A DNA stretch of 64,000 bases from the NCBI GenBank assembly GCA_965277805.1, contig OZ255842.1, forward strand, positions 4,096,001-4,160,000, in the 5' to 3' direction. This DNA is from Candidatus Lustribacter sp. Its GTDB lineage: Bacteria; Vulcanimicrobiota; Vulcanimicrobiia; Vulcanimicrobiales; Vulcanimicrobiaceae. Below are positions 19,799 to 29,056 of this stretch, in pieces (within the stretch, counting starts at the first letter, position 1; the number at the start of each line of letters is the position of its first letter). The notes beneath the pieces were generated by a model, which had not been told where the DNA came from, ran no database searches, and saw nothing but the letters and a program-made list of their open reading frames with translations. Both the position numbers and the translations under genes were made by a program.

Positions 19799-20595
19799 GC
19801 GTGGCGGTCCGCGGTGATACGGCGCCGGCGCGGCCGCGCTACCTCGGGCTGATCGTACCGCTTACGGCGTTGGTACTCTGGGAGATCGCTGCCCGCAGCG
19901 GCCACGCACCGGACTACATCGTCGCGCCGTCGCTCGTCCTGCGCACGATGGTGACGATGGCCATCGAAGGTTCGCTCTGGGGCAACATCGCCGCGAGCTT
20001 GTGGCGCGTGTTCGGCGGATTTTGCATCGGGGTCGCGGCCGGCGTCGCCGCCGGGCTCATCGCCGGCACCTGGAAAGTCGCGGGCTCCTACATCAACCCG
20101 CTGATCTCGTTCACCTATCCGATCCCGAAGATCGCGTTTCTGCCGATTCTGATCATCTGGCTGGGTCTGGGCGATGCCTCGAAAATTGCCACGATCGCGC
20201 TCTCGGTGTTCTTTCCGGCCTTCATCAACGCATATGGCGGCGCGAGCGACATCAACGTGCACTACCTTTGGGCGGCGCAAAGCATGGGCGCCTCACGGCT
20301 GCGCATGTTCACGCACGTCGTGCTGCCCGCCGCGCTGCCGCAGATCTTTGCCGGTGCCCGCGTCGGACTCGGCCTCGCCTACATCACGCTCTTCGCCACC
20401 GAACTCTTTGGGGCACGCTCGGGACTCGGCTTTCTGATCGGTCTTGCGGAAAGCGGCCGGCGCTTCGATACGATGTACGTCGCGATCGTTTGCATCGGCC
20501 TCGCCGGATTCTTGAGCGATCGTTTGCTGATCTGGCTGCGCGCACGGCTGTTGCACGGCGTCAACCTCGGGAAAGAAGAGCAGGTCGGTGCCTGA
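19795..20595 (+). CDS. ABC transporter permease (TauC/SsuC-like)
   Basis: PIPKIA, AAQSMGAS EAA-like loop, LPAALP. Confidence 0.92.
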   Translation: MSVAVRGDTAPARPRYLGLIVPLTALVLWEIAARSGHAPDYIVAPSLVLRTMVTMAIEGSLWGNIAASLWRVFGGFCIGVAAGVAAGLIAGTWKVAGSYINPLISFTYPIPKIAFLPILIIWLGLGDASKIATIALSVFFPAFINAYGGASDINVHYLWAAQSMGASRLRMFTHVVLPAALPQIFAGARVGLGLAYITLFATELFGARSGLGFLIGLAESGRRFDTMYVAIVCIGLAGFLSDRLLIWLRARLLHGVNLGKEEQVGA

Positions 20596-21325
20596 GCGCC
20601 TGCGCCCGCTGGTCTCGATCGCCGTCTTGCTGGGCGCGTGGCAATTGCTCGCGCATTCCGGCTGGGTGCCGCGCCGGCTCTTTCCCGACATCCCGCAAAT
20701 CGCTGCCGCAATCGGAGCGTTCGTAGGCAGCGGCGACTTCTGGTATCACTCGGAGTTCACGCTCTCCCAGGTGCTCACGGCGTTTGCAATCGCTGCGCCG
20801 TGCGGGATCGTACTCGGCACGCTGCTCGCGCGCTCATCACTGTTCGACGCGCTATTCGAACCGATTTTCGCCTTCGGCTATCCGATCCCAAAGATCGCGC
20901 TCTATCCGCTCTTCCTCTTCATCTTCGGCATCGGCAGCACGTCGAAGGTAGCGCTGGCGACGCTCGAGACACTTTACCCCGTGACGCTCGGCACGTTTTA
21001 CGGCATGCGCTCCGTCGATCGTACGTTGCTTTGGGCCGGGCGCAACATGGGCGCGAGCAACTGGCGCATTTTCTTCTCGGTCCTCTTGCCGGCCGCGCTC
21101 CCGTACATCGCTTCCGCGCTACGTATCGGACTGCACATCGCGTTCGTCGTGATCGTGCTGCTCGAAATCATCGGCGACAACAGCGGGCTCGGCTTTTACC
21201 TGACCTACGAGACGACGTCGTTTGCTTATGCGGCGTTCTTTGCCGGTATTGCCGGCATCGTGTTCTGGGGATTCCTCATCGACCAGACGATGCTGTGGCT
21301 ACGCAGGCGTTTCGTCTTCTGGTAG
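20588..21325 (+). CDS. ABC transporter permease (TauC/SsuC-like)
   Basis: PIPKIALYP, AGRNMGAS, LPAALP. Confidence 0.92.
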   Translation: MPERLRPLVSIAVLLGAWQLLAHSGWVPRRLFPDIPQIAAAIGAFVGSGDFWYHSEFTLSQVLTAFAIAAPCGIVLGTLLARSSLFDALFEPIFAFGYPIPKIALYPLFLFIFGIGSTSKVALATLETLYPVTLGTFYGMRSVDRTLLWAGRNMGASNWRIFFSVLLPAALPYIASALRIGLHIAFVVIVLLEIIGDNSGLGFYLTYETTSFAYAAFFAGIAGIVFWGFLIDQTMLWLRRRFVFW

Positions 21326-21327
21326 AT

Positions 21328-21642
21328 TCAGACGATCTGCTCGGCCGCCGCAACGACCGTGAACTGGAAACCGCCGGTCCATCGCGTCACGAGGTTATAG
21401 ATAAACGCAGCGATGACGCCCTCGATGAATCCGGCAATGGCGAAAACGATCGGGAAGAAGATCAGCGCCCCAATGCCGAGGAACGGCTTGATGATCTCCG
21501 GGTAGGGGTACGCGCCGTTGCCGGCCGGCGCCAAACTCGCGACTGAAGCGATGAACAGGCCCTCGATGAATCCGCCGATCGCAGCCATTACCGCGAAGAT
21601 CACAGCGCAGCGCAGAATCCCGACGCTCTTGAGCTCGTACAT
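21328..21642 (-). CDS. Small two-TM membrane protein (DUF3566-like)
   Basis: Two hydrophobic helices, IYNL..WTGG; GGAGG SD. Confidence 0.65.
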   Translation of the reverse strand: MYELKSVGILRCAVIFAVMAAIGGFIEGLFIASVASLAPAGNGAYPYPEIIKPFLGIGALIFFPIVFAIAGFIEGVIAAFIYNLVTRWTGGFQFTVVAAAEQIV

Positions 21643-21726
21643 AGGGTAACGCCCTCCGTTACGCTCGCTTCGTTAGCCGAGAGAAACGGTCCCTCGGCAA
21701 GCGAGTCGCGCGGACGGAAACGATGA

Positions 21727-21757
21727 AGGCCGGCGCACATTTCGTGCTCGCCGGCCT
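21727..21757 (-). terminator. GC-rich hairpin just downstream of tRNA-Leu
   Basis: AGGCCGGCG / CGCCGGCCT inverted repeat; weak U-tract. Confidence 0.45.
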
Positions 21758-21772
21758 CCGCTCATAATGAAC

Positions 21773-21856
21773 TGCCCAAGAAGGGACTCGAACCCCCACG
21801 GCCTTGCGGCCACTGGTACCTGAAACCAGCGCGTCTACCAATTCCGCCACCTGGGC
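21773..21856 (-). tRNA. tRNA-Leu(CAG), CCA not encoded
   Basis: Reverse complement GCCCAGGTGGCGGAATTGGTAGACGCG-CTGGT-TTCAGGT-ACCAG, long variable arm, GGTTCGAGTCC, TTGGGCA. Confidence 0.95.
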
Positions 21857-21904
21857 GCAGCCGCCGACGTTTCCGTAAACGCGGACGCAGGGCCTCCGTG
21901 AGCG

Positions 21905-23107
21905 TTAGGCCGCTTGCTCCTTCGTGCGACGTTCGTAGGAACGCAGCCACAGCACCGGCAGCACGCCAAGGCCGGCGATCAGGGCGCTGACGGCCCACGC
22001 GGTGTCGAGCGACGTGCGGTCGGCGATCAACCCGAACACCAGCGGCCCGACGGCCGACGTCCCAAAGATCGCGGTTAGCGTCAGGCCGAGCGCGCTGCCG
22101 GCCCGGTCCGCGCCGCCGATCTCTGCCAACGCCGCCGCCATCACGCCGTTCCACCCGGCGCCGCAGAAGCCGATGAAGAGCGCCGCCGGAAACAGCAGCA
22201 CAGCAACCGACGGACGCAGCAGCGCGAATCCGAGCGACGCCGCCGCGGAGAGCGCGCACAATCCGGCCAGCAGCACGACGCGGCTTTCGCGCATGAACCG
22301 ATCGCTGTACCAGCCCCAAAAAAGCCGCGCGACCGTCGCCGCCACGAACGCGCCCGCAAACGCCGACGCGGCGATCGCCGGCGTCACGCCGATCGCTTGC
22401 ACCGCAGTCACGGTAAGGAAGCCGTTCATCGCGAGCTGCGCGTTCACGAGCGCCATGCACGTCAGCGTGGTCGCGATCAAGCGCGGGTCGCGCGCGAGAC
22501 GGCGCATGCCGGCCAGAACTTCCGCGAAACGCTCAGGCTGCGGCCGGTCGGCAACCGCTTCGCGATAAAAGATGCACGCGATCGCGGTCGTGATGATGAC
22601 GATCGCTGCCGCGCAAACCAGTGCTGCGCGATAGCCTCCGAAATGCAACGCGACGAACGGCAGCATCACCGCGCCGAACAGCCCGCCGACGGGCACGCCG
22701 GTTTGGCGAATCCCCATCGCAAAACCGCGATCGCGGTCGAACCACGAGAGAATCGCGCGTCCGCCCGCCGGCGTCGATGCGGCATAGCCGGCTCCGAAGA
22801 TCCCCATGCATGCGACGAGCCACGTATAATTCGGCACGAGCACCGACGCGACGAGCGCAAACGCCATCAGGCTGCCGCTCGCGCCCACCATCGTGCGTTC
22901 GCCGAAACGGTCGGTAAGCACGCCGCTGAACGCCGTGAAAAGCGCCGATCCGACGTAGAGCGAGGTGAAGAGCGCGCCCAACTGCGCTTGGGTCAAGCCG
23001 TATTGCAAAATGAGAAACGGCGCCAGCACGCCGACGGCTTGCTGCACGACCGACGCGCCGGCTTGCGCGCCGGTCATCAACGCGAGAACGCGATACTTTG
23101 CCGTCAC
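21905..23107 (-). CDS. MFS transporter
   Basis: GVLTDRFGER motif A, about 12 TM; GTGA overlap at 23104-23107. Confidence 0.88.
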   Translation of the reverse strand: MTAKYRVLALMTGAQAGASVVQQAVGVLAPFLILQYGLTQAQLGALFTSLYVGSALFTAFSGVLTDRFGERTMVGASGSLMAFALVASVLVPNYTWLVACMGIFGAGYAASTPAGGRAILSWFDRDRGFAMGIRQTGVPVGGLFGAVMLPFVALHFGGYRAALVCAAAIVIITTAIACIFYREAVADRPQPERFAEVLAGMRRLARDPRLIATTLTCMALVNAQLAMNGFLTVTAVQAIGVTPAIAASAFAGAFVAATVARLFWGWYSDRFMRESRVVLLAGLCALSAAASLGFALLRPSVAVLLFPAALFIGFCGAGWNGVMAAALAEIGGADRAGSALGLTLTAIFGTSAVGPLVFGLIADRTSLDTAWAVSALIAGLGVLPVLWLRSYERRTKEQAA

Positions 23108-24000
23108 GCGCGCTGAACGATCGCGATACCCACGGCAATCGCCGCCAGTCCGCCGAGGTCGCGAATCGACAACGGCTCGCCGAAGAAGCTCGCCACGAGC
23201 AAACCGAACACCGGCGAGAGAAAGTAGTACGCGGTCACGCGGCTCGCCTCGCCTTGTTCCAGCAGCCAGAACCACAAGAGCGAACCGCCGACGCTGAGCG
23301 CAACGACCAAGTACACGAACGACGCGACGATCGGGAAGCCCCACGTCGCATGCGGCGCGCCTTCGAATGCGATCGCGAAGGGCAGGACGGCCAGCGAGGC
23401 GGCAAAGAGCTGCAGCGCGGTGGTCATGCGCACGTCCATCTCGACCAGAAACTTCTTGAACACGATCGTGCTCGCAACGCTCGCGAATGTCGCGATGAAA
23501 ACGAGCGCGACGTCACTGGGCCGGGCCGTTCCGCTGCCGCTGCGCTCGATCATGATCGCGAGCACCCCGGCAAAGCCGAGCAGCAGCCCGACGGATTTCC
23601 ACTTCGTGAGCGGCTCGCCCAGAAACACCGGCGCGGCCAGCGCGAGGATCAACGGGTTCGTGCTCGTGACGACCGAGCCGACGCCGGCTGCCAAGTGCCG
23701 CAGCGCCTCGTAGGTGAAGCCGAGGTACATCGCGTTGGCCAGGACGCCGAGCAAAACGATGAGCGTCCAGGCGCGCCGCCCGCGCGGCCACGGCGCACCC
23801 GAGGCGACCGCGATCGCGAGCGCCACGGCGCCCGAGACGGCGAACCGGACGACCAGAAACCACATCGGCGATGAGGCCAGCACGCCGATCTTGCTTGGTA
23901 CAAACGCCGAGCCCCAGAGAAAGACGAAAAAGATCGCGGCGGCGGTTCGGAACCAGCGCGTAGCGGTAATTCCCGGGGCATGGATAGCGCTGGTTTCCAC
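23104..24000 (-). CDS. EamA/DMT family transporter
   Basis: LWGSAF, FLGEPL twice, FLSPVFG; start uncertain. Confidence 0.88.
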   Translation of the reverse strand: METSAIHAPGITATRWFRTAAAIFFVFLWGSAFVPSKIGVLASSPMWFLVVRFAVSGAVALAIAVASGAPWPRGRRAWTLIVLLGVLANAMYLGFTYEALRHLAAGVGSVVTSTNPLILALAAPVFLGEPLTKWKSVGLLLGFAGVLAIMIERSGSGTARPSDVALVFIATFASVASTIVFKKFLVEMDVRMTTALQLFAASLAVLPFAIAFEGAPHATWGFPIVASFVYLVVALSVGGSLLWFWLLEQGEASRVTAYYFLSPVFGLLVASFFGEPLSIRDLGGLAAIAVGIAIVQRA

Positions 24001-24059
24001 CTCACCCCACGCTACCACGCAACTCGTCTGCCGGGTTGCGATGTTTGAAGTGAGCACAC

Positions 24060-25037
24060 ATGGCGACCCTCAACCTCCTCCCCATCTCTGAAACGCTCGA
24101 TATCGACGGGTACTCGAACGTCGTCATCGGCGCAGTCGAACGCGCCAGCCCGTCCGTCGTCGGTATCGACGTACGGCGCGGCGGACGCCGGGCCGGCAGC
24201 GGCTCCGGCTTCATCGCCACGCCCGACGGCTTCGTTTTCACTAACTCGCACGTCGTCCACGGCGCCGACGAGATCGACGTCGCCTTACTCGACGGGCGCC
24301 GCTTCCGCGGCGTGCTGGCCGGCGACGATCCCGATACCGACCTCGCGGTGCTGCGTATCGCCGGCAGCGACCTGATCCCGGCCGTCTTCGGCGACGCGCG
24401 CTCGATCCGGCCCGGCCAACTCGCGATCGCGCTCGGCAACCCGTTCGGCCTCGAATGCACGGTCACGGCGGGCGTCGTCTCGGCGCTCGGACGCTCGCTG
24501 CGTTCGCGCAACGGCCGGCTGATGGACGACATCATCCAAACCGACGCGGCGCTCAATCCCGGCAACAGCGGTGGCCCGCTGGTCGACGCGCGCGGCGCGG
24601 TAATCGGCGTCAACACCGCGATCGTGGCGGGCGGCGGCGGCGGGCTCGGTTTCGCGATCTCCGCGACCACCGCGCAGCGCGTGGCCGGTTTGCTGATCCG
24701 CGACGGCCGCATCAGCCGCGGCTACATCGGCGTCGCCGGTGCCGACGTCGCGATTCCGCGCTACGTGCAGCGGCTGCTCGGACTGATCCAAACGCACGGC
24801 ATTCTCGTGCACGGCGTCGAGGACACGAGTCCCGCGGCCGTGGCCGGCATCGAAGCGGGCGACGTGATCATTGCGCTCGGCGACGCGGCCGTCGACGGCA
24901 TGGATGCGTTGCACCGCATCATGACCGCCGGACCGATCGGCGCGACGACCGTCAAGCTGCTGCGGCGCAACAACATCATGCGCTTCGAGATCACGCCCGC
25001 CGAAGCGCAGGCACGCGAACCCGCGGCAGCACGATGA
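24060..25037 (+). CDS. HtrA/DegP-like trypsin serine protease with PDZ domain
   Basis: GSGSGF, TNSHVV, DLAVL, IQTDAALNPGNSGGPL. Confidence 0.93.
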   Translation: MATLNLLPISETLDIDGYSNVVIGAVERASPSVVGIDVRRGGRRAGSGSGFIATPDGFVFTNSHVVHGADEIDVALLDGRRFRGVLAGDDPDTDLAVLRIAGSDLIPAVFGDARSIRPGQLAIALGNPFGLECTVTAGVVSALGRSLRSRNGRLMDDIIQTDAALNPGNSGGPLVDARGAVIGVNTAIVAGGGGGLGFAISATTAQRVAGLLIRDGRISRGYIGVAGADVAIPRYVQRLLGLIQTHGILVHGVEDTSPAAVAGIEAGDVIIALGDAAVDGMDALHRIMTAGPIGATTVKLLRRNNIMRFEITPAEAQAREPAAAR

Positions 25038-25873
25038 ACGAACGACCGCGCGTCCTCTTGCAGACGACGATTCCATATACCGAAGACGATTGGCACGTCG
25101 GCCGCTTCTCGTTGCTGCGCGACGAGCTCGCAACGGTTGCGGACGTCGTTGCGCGCAACCGCGGGAACGGCGCCGACGGCAATGACCCCGTGCTCTCGAC
25201 CCTCGACGCGAGCGACTTCGACCAGCTGTGGCTCATCGCGGTCGACACCGGAAACGGCATCACGCCGGATGAGTGCGGCGCGATCACGCGGTTTCGCGAG
25301 CACGGCGGTCATGTGTTCGTCACGCGCGACCACATGGATCTCGGCGTGTCGGTGTGCAATCTCGGCGGAATCGGCGACGCGCACTACTTTCACTCCAAGC
25401 ATCCCGATCCGGATCCGCAGAACCGCGTGAACGACAACCACGCGACGCCGATCCAATGGCCGAACTATTTCAGCGGCCCCAACGGCGACGTACAGACGAT
25501 CACGGCCGTCGAGCCGGTCCATCCGGTGCTGGCCGGCGTCGCCACGCTGCCGTCGCATCCGCATGAAGGTTCGGTCGGTGCGCCGCAGAGCCAGCCGGAT
25601 GCGCGCGTCGTCGCGCGCAGCGCGAGCAAAGAGACCGGACGGCCGTTCAACATCGCGGTTGCCTTCGACGGCCACGACGGCGGCGGTAAGGGCTGGGCCG
25701 AGTCGACGTTCCATCACTTCGTCGACTACAACTGGGATGTCGCCGCCGGCTGCCCGTCGTTCGTCGAAGAGCCGCCGAGCGATGCGATCGCCAAGAACCC
25801 GCAGTTACTCAACGATACGAAACGCTACGTACGCAACCTCGTCGCCTGGATGGGCCGCCGCTCCGACCGCTGA
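25034..25873 (+). CDS. Conserved hypothetical protein (possible ThuA/class I GATase-like fold)
   Basis: ATGA overlap with htrA; FDQLWL, GGHVFVTRDH, HPHEG, ESTFHHF. Confidence 0.65.
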   Translation: MNERPRVLLQTTIPYTEDDWHVGRFSLLRDELATVADVVARNRGNGADGNDPVLSTLDASDFDQLWLIAVDTGNGITPDECGAITRFREHGGHVFVTRDHMDLGVSVCNLGGIGDAHYFHSKHPDPDPQNRVNDNHATPIQWPNYFSGPNGDVQTITAVEPVHPVLAGVATLPSHPHEGSVGAPQSQPDARVVARSASKETGRPFNIAVAFDGHDGGGKGWAESTFHHFVDYNWDVAAGCPSFVEEPPSDAIAKNPQLLNDTKRYVRNLVAWMGRRSDR

Positions 25874-25907
25874 AGGTTTTCTTCAGGCTCGTCCACTAGG
25901 GACCAGC

Positions 25908-27098
25908 ATGCAAAACGGACTTCTGCGCCGGCTCTCGCTCCTATTCGTGGCGACCCTTTTGGCCGTGGGGGCGCCGGCCGCCGCGCAGCCGGCACCATAC
26001 GTCATCAACGTCGTGCTCTCGCTGACCGGACCCGCGGCGAACCTCGGTCAAGACGAACAAGCCGGGCTCCTCGCCTTTGAGAAGATGGTGAACCGCACGG
26101 GCGGCATCCGCGGCACGCCGCTGCACTTCCAGATCAGCGACGATCAGTCGTCGCCGACGGTCGCGGTGCAGCTCTTTCAATCGTTCTTGCCGAGCCATCC
26201 CGCCGTGGTGCTGGGTTCGTCGATCGCCGCGCAATCGCAAGCGATGGCGAGCCTCGTCAAAGAGGGCGTCGGTCCGGTGCTCTATGCGCTCACGCCGAAC
26301 ATGCTGCCCACGCCGGGCAGCTACGTGTTCGCAACCAGCGCGCCGACCGTCGATCTCACCGGCATCGGCTCGACGTTCTACCGGCTGCGCGGCATCACGA
26401 AGATCGGCGTCCTCGTTACGACCGACGCTTCCGGCCAAAACAATCTCCAGTCGCTCGTTGACGCGCTGAAGAAGCCGGCCAATAAGGACTTGAAGATCGT
26501 GGACGTGGAGTCGTTCGGCATCACCGACGTGAGCGTTGCCGCGCAAGTTGCCAAACTGAAAGCGGCCGGCCCGCAAATGATCTACGCGCTGCCCAATGGG
26601 ACCGCGTTCGGAACCGCACTGCACGGGCTCTACGACGCCGGCATCGACGTGCCGGTGTATACGTCGGCCGCCAACTTCAGCCCGGTTTTACTCAACCAGT
26701 TCAAGGCGTATTTGCCGAAAGAGCTGACGTGTTCGGGCGCGAGTTTCTTCAAACGCGACCGGCCGGCGAGCGATCCGCAGAAAAAGCCGATCGACGATTT
26801 CTACGCGGCACTTGCAGCCGACGGCGTGACGCAGCCCACCGTGTCACACTCGTTCGCCTGGGATCCCGCACTGATCGTCGTGACCGTGCTGCGCCAGCTG
26901 GGCACGAGCGCAACCGCGTCGCAGATTCACGATGCGATCGAGAAAATGAAAGGCTTCCCCGCTACCGGCGGCATCTACGATTTCACCTCGAATAATCAAC
27001 ATGGCGCCGGCGAGAGCGGGCTGCTCGTGATGAAGTACGATCCCGCGAATCCGGGCCGGCCGATCATCGCGAGCAAACAGGGCGGCGCGCCGATTTAA
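25908..27098 (+). CDS. ABC substrate-binding protein (LivJ/PBP1 type)
   Basis: Signal peptide, SLTGPAA, VNRTGGIRG, DDQSSP. Confidence 0.85.
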   Translation: MQNGLLRRLSLLFVATLLAVGAPAAAQPAPYVINVVLSLTGPAANLGQDEQAGLLAFEKMVNRTGGIRGTPLHFQISDDQSSPTVAVQLFQSFLPSHPAVVLGSSIAAQSQAMASLVKEGVGPVLYALTPNMLPTPGSYVFATSAPTVDLTGIGSTFYRLRGITKIGVLVTTDASGQNNLQSLVDALKKPANKDLKIVDVESFGITDVSVAAQVAKLKAAGPQMIYALPNGTAFGTALHGLYDAGIDVPVYTSAANFSPVLLNQFKAYLPKELTCSGASFFKRDRPASDPQKKPIDDFYAALAADGVTQPTVSHSFAWDPALIVVTVLRQLGTSATASQIHDAIEKMKGFPATGGIYDFTSNNQHGAGESGLLVMKYDPANPGRPIIASKQGGAPI

Positions 27099-27883
27099 GG
27101 ATGCATGATGCGGCCGGCGATTTTCGTCGTCCAGCGCCGCGGCATGAGGCTCGAGAGGCGGATCACGATCTGGTTGCTCAGCCCGTCGATCGCTACCGGC
27201 ACGCCTTTATCGTAGGCGCGTAAGCCGGTGGCGACGACCTCGCGCACGGTGCGGATCGGCCCGCGCGGCGCGGCGATCGCGGTATCGAAGAATTCCGTCG
27301 CGGTGGCGCCGGGACACAGCGCCAACACGCGCACGCCGCGCGCGTGCACCTCTTCGTGCAGCGCTTCGGAGAACGAACGCACGAACGCCTTGGTCGCGCC
27401 GTAGACCGACATCCAGGGCACCGGTTGAAATGCCGCCGTTGAGGCAATGTTGATGACGCCGCCGCGCCCGCGTTCCAGCATCGCGGGCAGAAACGCGTGC
27501 GTGAGCGCGACGAGCGCGGTGACGTTCAGCTCGATCTCTTCGCGCTCGCGTTCGGGCGCAATCGACTCGAAGCGCCCGTGCGTTCCGAAGCCGGCGTTAT
27601 TCACCAGCAGTTCGGGGCTCATCCCCAAGCGCGCGGTTTCGGCCGCGATCTGCTCGGGCACCGCGGACTGGGCCAAGTCGGCCGGGATGATCTCGACGCG
27701 GATGCCGGCGTGTTTGGCGCGCAATCCGGCCGCAAGTTCCTCCAGACGTTCGCGCCGGCGCGCCGTCACGATCAGATCGTAGCCGCGTTCGGCCAAGGCT
27801 TGCGCGAAGCCGAGCCCGATGCCGCCCGATGCACCCGTGATCAGCGCCACCGGGCGTGAAGAAACCGCGGCGATGTTCGTCAT
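27095..27883 (-). CDS. Short-chain dehydrogenase/reductase
   Basis: TGASGGIG, NNAGFG, YGATK. Confidence 0.92.
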   Translation of the reverse strand: MTNIAAVSSRPVALITGASGGIGLGFAQALAERGYDLIVTARRRERLEELAAGLRAKHAGIRVEIIPADLAQSAVPEQIAAETARLGMSPELLVNNAGFGTHGRFESIAPEREREEIELNVTALVALTHAFLPAMLERGRGGVINIASTAAFQPVPWMSVYGATKAFVRSFSEALHEEVHARGVRVLALCPGATATEFFDTAIAAPRGPIRTVREVVATGLRAYDKGVPVAIDGLSNQIVIRLSSLMPRRWTTKIAGRIMHP

Positions 27884-27895
27884 GTTGGGGTCCTT

Positions 27896-29056
27896 GTGAT
27901 CCTCAAGTTGTTGCCGATCCTCGGCATCACGTTTATCGATATCCTCGGGTTCAGCATCCTGATCCCCCTGATGCCGTATTTCGTGAAGCACTTCGGCGCG
28001 CCCGATATCGTTGTCGGTGGACTTTTTGCCGTGTTCGCTCTGTGTCAGTTCATCGGCGGGCCGGTATGGGGAAACGTCAGCGATCGCATCGGCCGCAAAG
28101 CCGTCCTGATCGTCTCGCAAATCGGGGCCACGATCGGCTGGACGATGCTGGCGTTCGCGCCGAACATCGGCATCGTTTTTCTGGCGCGGATCATCGAGGG
28201 CTTTTCGGGCGGCAATATCAGCGTCACGCAGGCCTACGTTTCGGATCTCGTCGAGCCGGCCAAACGCGGCCGCGCTTTCGCCTACATCGGCGCGGCATTC
28301 AGCTCGGGTCTCGTCTTCGGTCCGCTCGCCGGCGGCTTTCTCGTTGCGCGTTACGGCTTCGCGACGCCGTTCTTGCTTGCAGCCGCATTGCAGTTGCTCA
28401 CGCTGGTCGTCACGATCTTCGTGCTGCCGGAATCGCGCAAGAAAGACACCGAAGAAAAGCCGGCCACGCTCGGCGACATCCGGACCTCGCTGCTCGAGCG
28501 CAGCGTGGCGCCGATCCTCTGGCAGAAGCTCGTGTTCTCGCTCGGCCTCTACGGCTGGTTCTCGGTGTTTACGCTCGTGCTGCAGGCGCAGTTCGGATTC
28601 GACGCGGCGAACGCAAGCTATTTTTTCTGCGTGTTCGGTTTGGCGAGCGTCATCTGTCAGGTCTTCGTCGTCGGCCGGATGACCGATGCGCTCGGCGACC
28701 GCGTTTCATCGAATATCGGTTTCGTCGTGCTGCTGGCGGGTTTTGCGATCGTGCCGTTCGTCCACACGATCCCGTTTGCGATCGCGATGGTGAGCTGCTT
28801 CTCGCTCGGGCTCTCGCTCGTCAACGCGACGATTCCGGCACTGCTCTCGGCGCACGCGCCCGATAACATGCGCGGCACGATCCTCGGTACCGCGTCCTCG
28901 CTCGAGAGCGTGAGCGGCATGTTCATGCCGGTGATCTCGACCTACGTGCTGCAGGCGGCGGGCGTTGCGCCGACCGTCGCGATCACATTCGGCTTGACGA
29001 CGGCGGCGTTGATCATGGGCCTCGCCGCGCTGCGCACGGAGCCGCGCCCGGCCTAG
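27896..29056 (+). CDS. MFS transporter (DHA1/TetA-like)
   Basis: DILGFSILIP, GNVSDRIGRK, QAYVSD. Confidence 0.9.
   Translation: MILKLLPILGITFIDILGFSILIPLMPYFVKHFGAPDIVVGGLFAVFALCQFIGGPVWGNVSDRIGRKAVLIVSQIGATIGWTMLAFAPNIGIVFLARIIEGFSGGNISVTQAYVSDLVEPAKRGRAFAYIGAAFSSGLVFGPLAGGFLVARYGFATPFLLAAALQLLTLVVTIFVLPESRKKDTEEKPATLGDIRTSLLERSVAPILWQKLVFSLGLYGWFSVFTLVLQAQFGFDAANASYFFCVFGLASVICQVFVVGRMTDALGDRVSSNIGFVVLLAGFAIVPFVHTIPFAIAMVSCFSLGLSLVNATIPALLSAHAPDNMRGTILGTASSLESVSGMFMPVISTYVLQAAGVAPTVAITFGLTTAALIMGLAALRTEPRPA

Noticed and set aside
21659..21850. 63-aa [17 protein letters not shown]
   Set aside because: It is a translation of the tRNA-Leu gene
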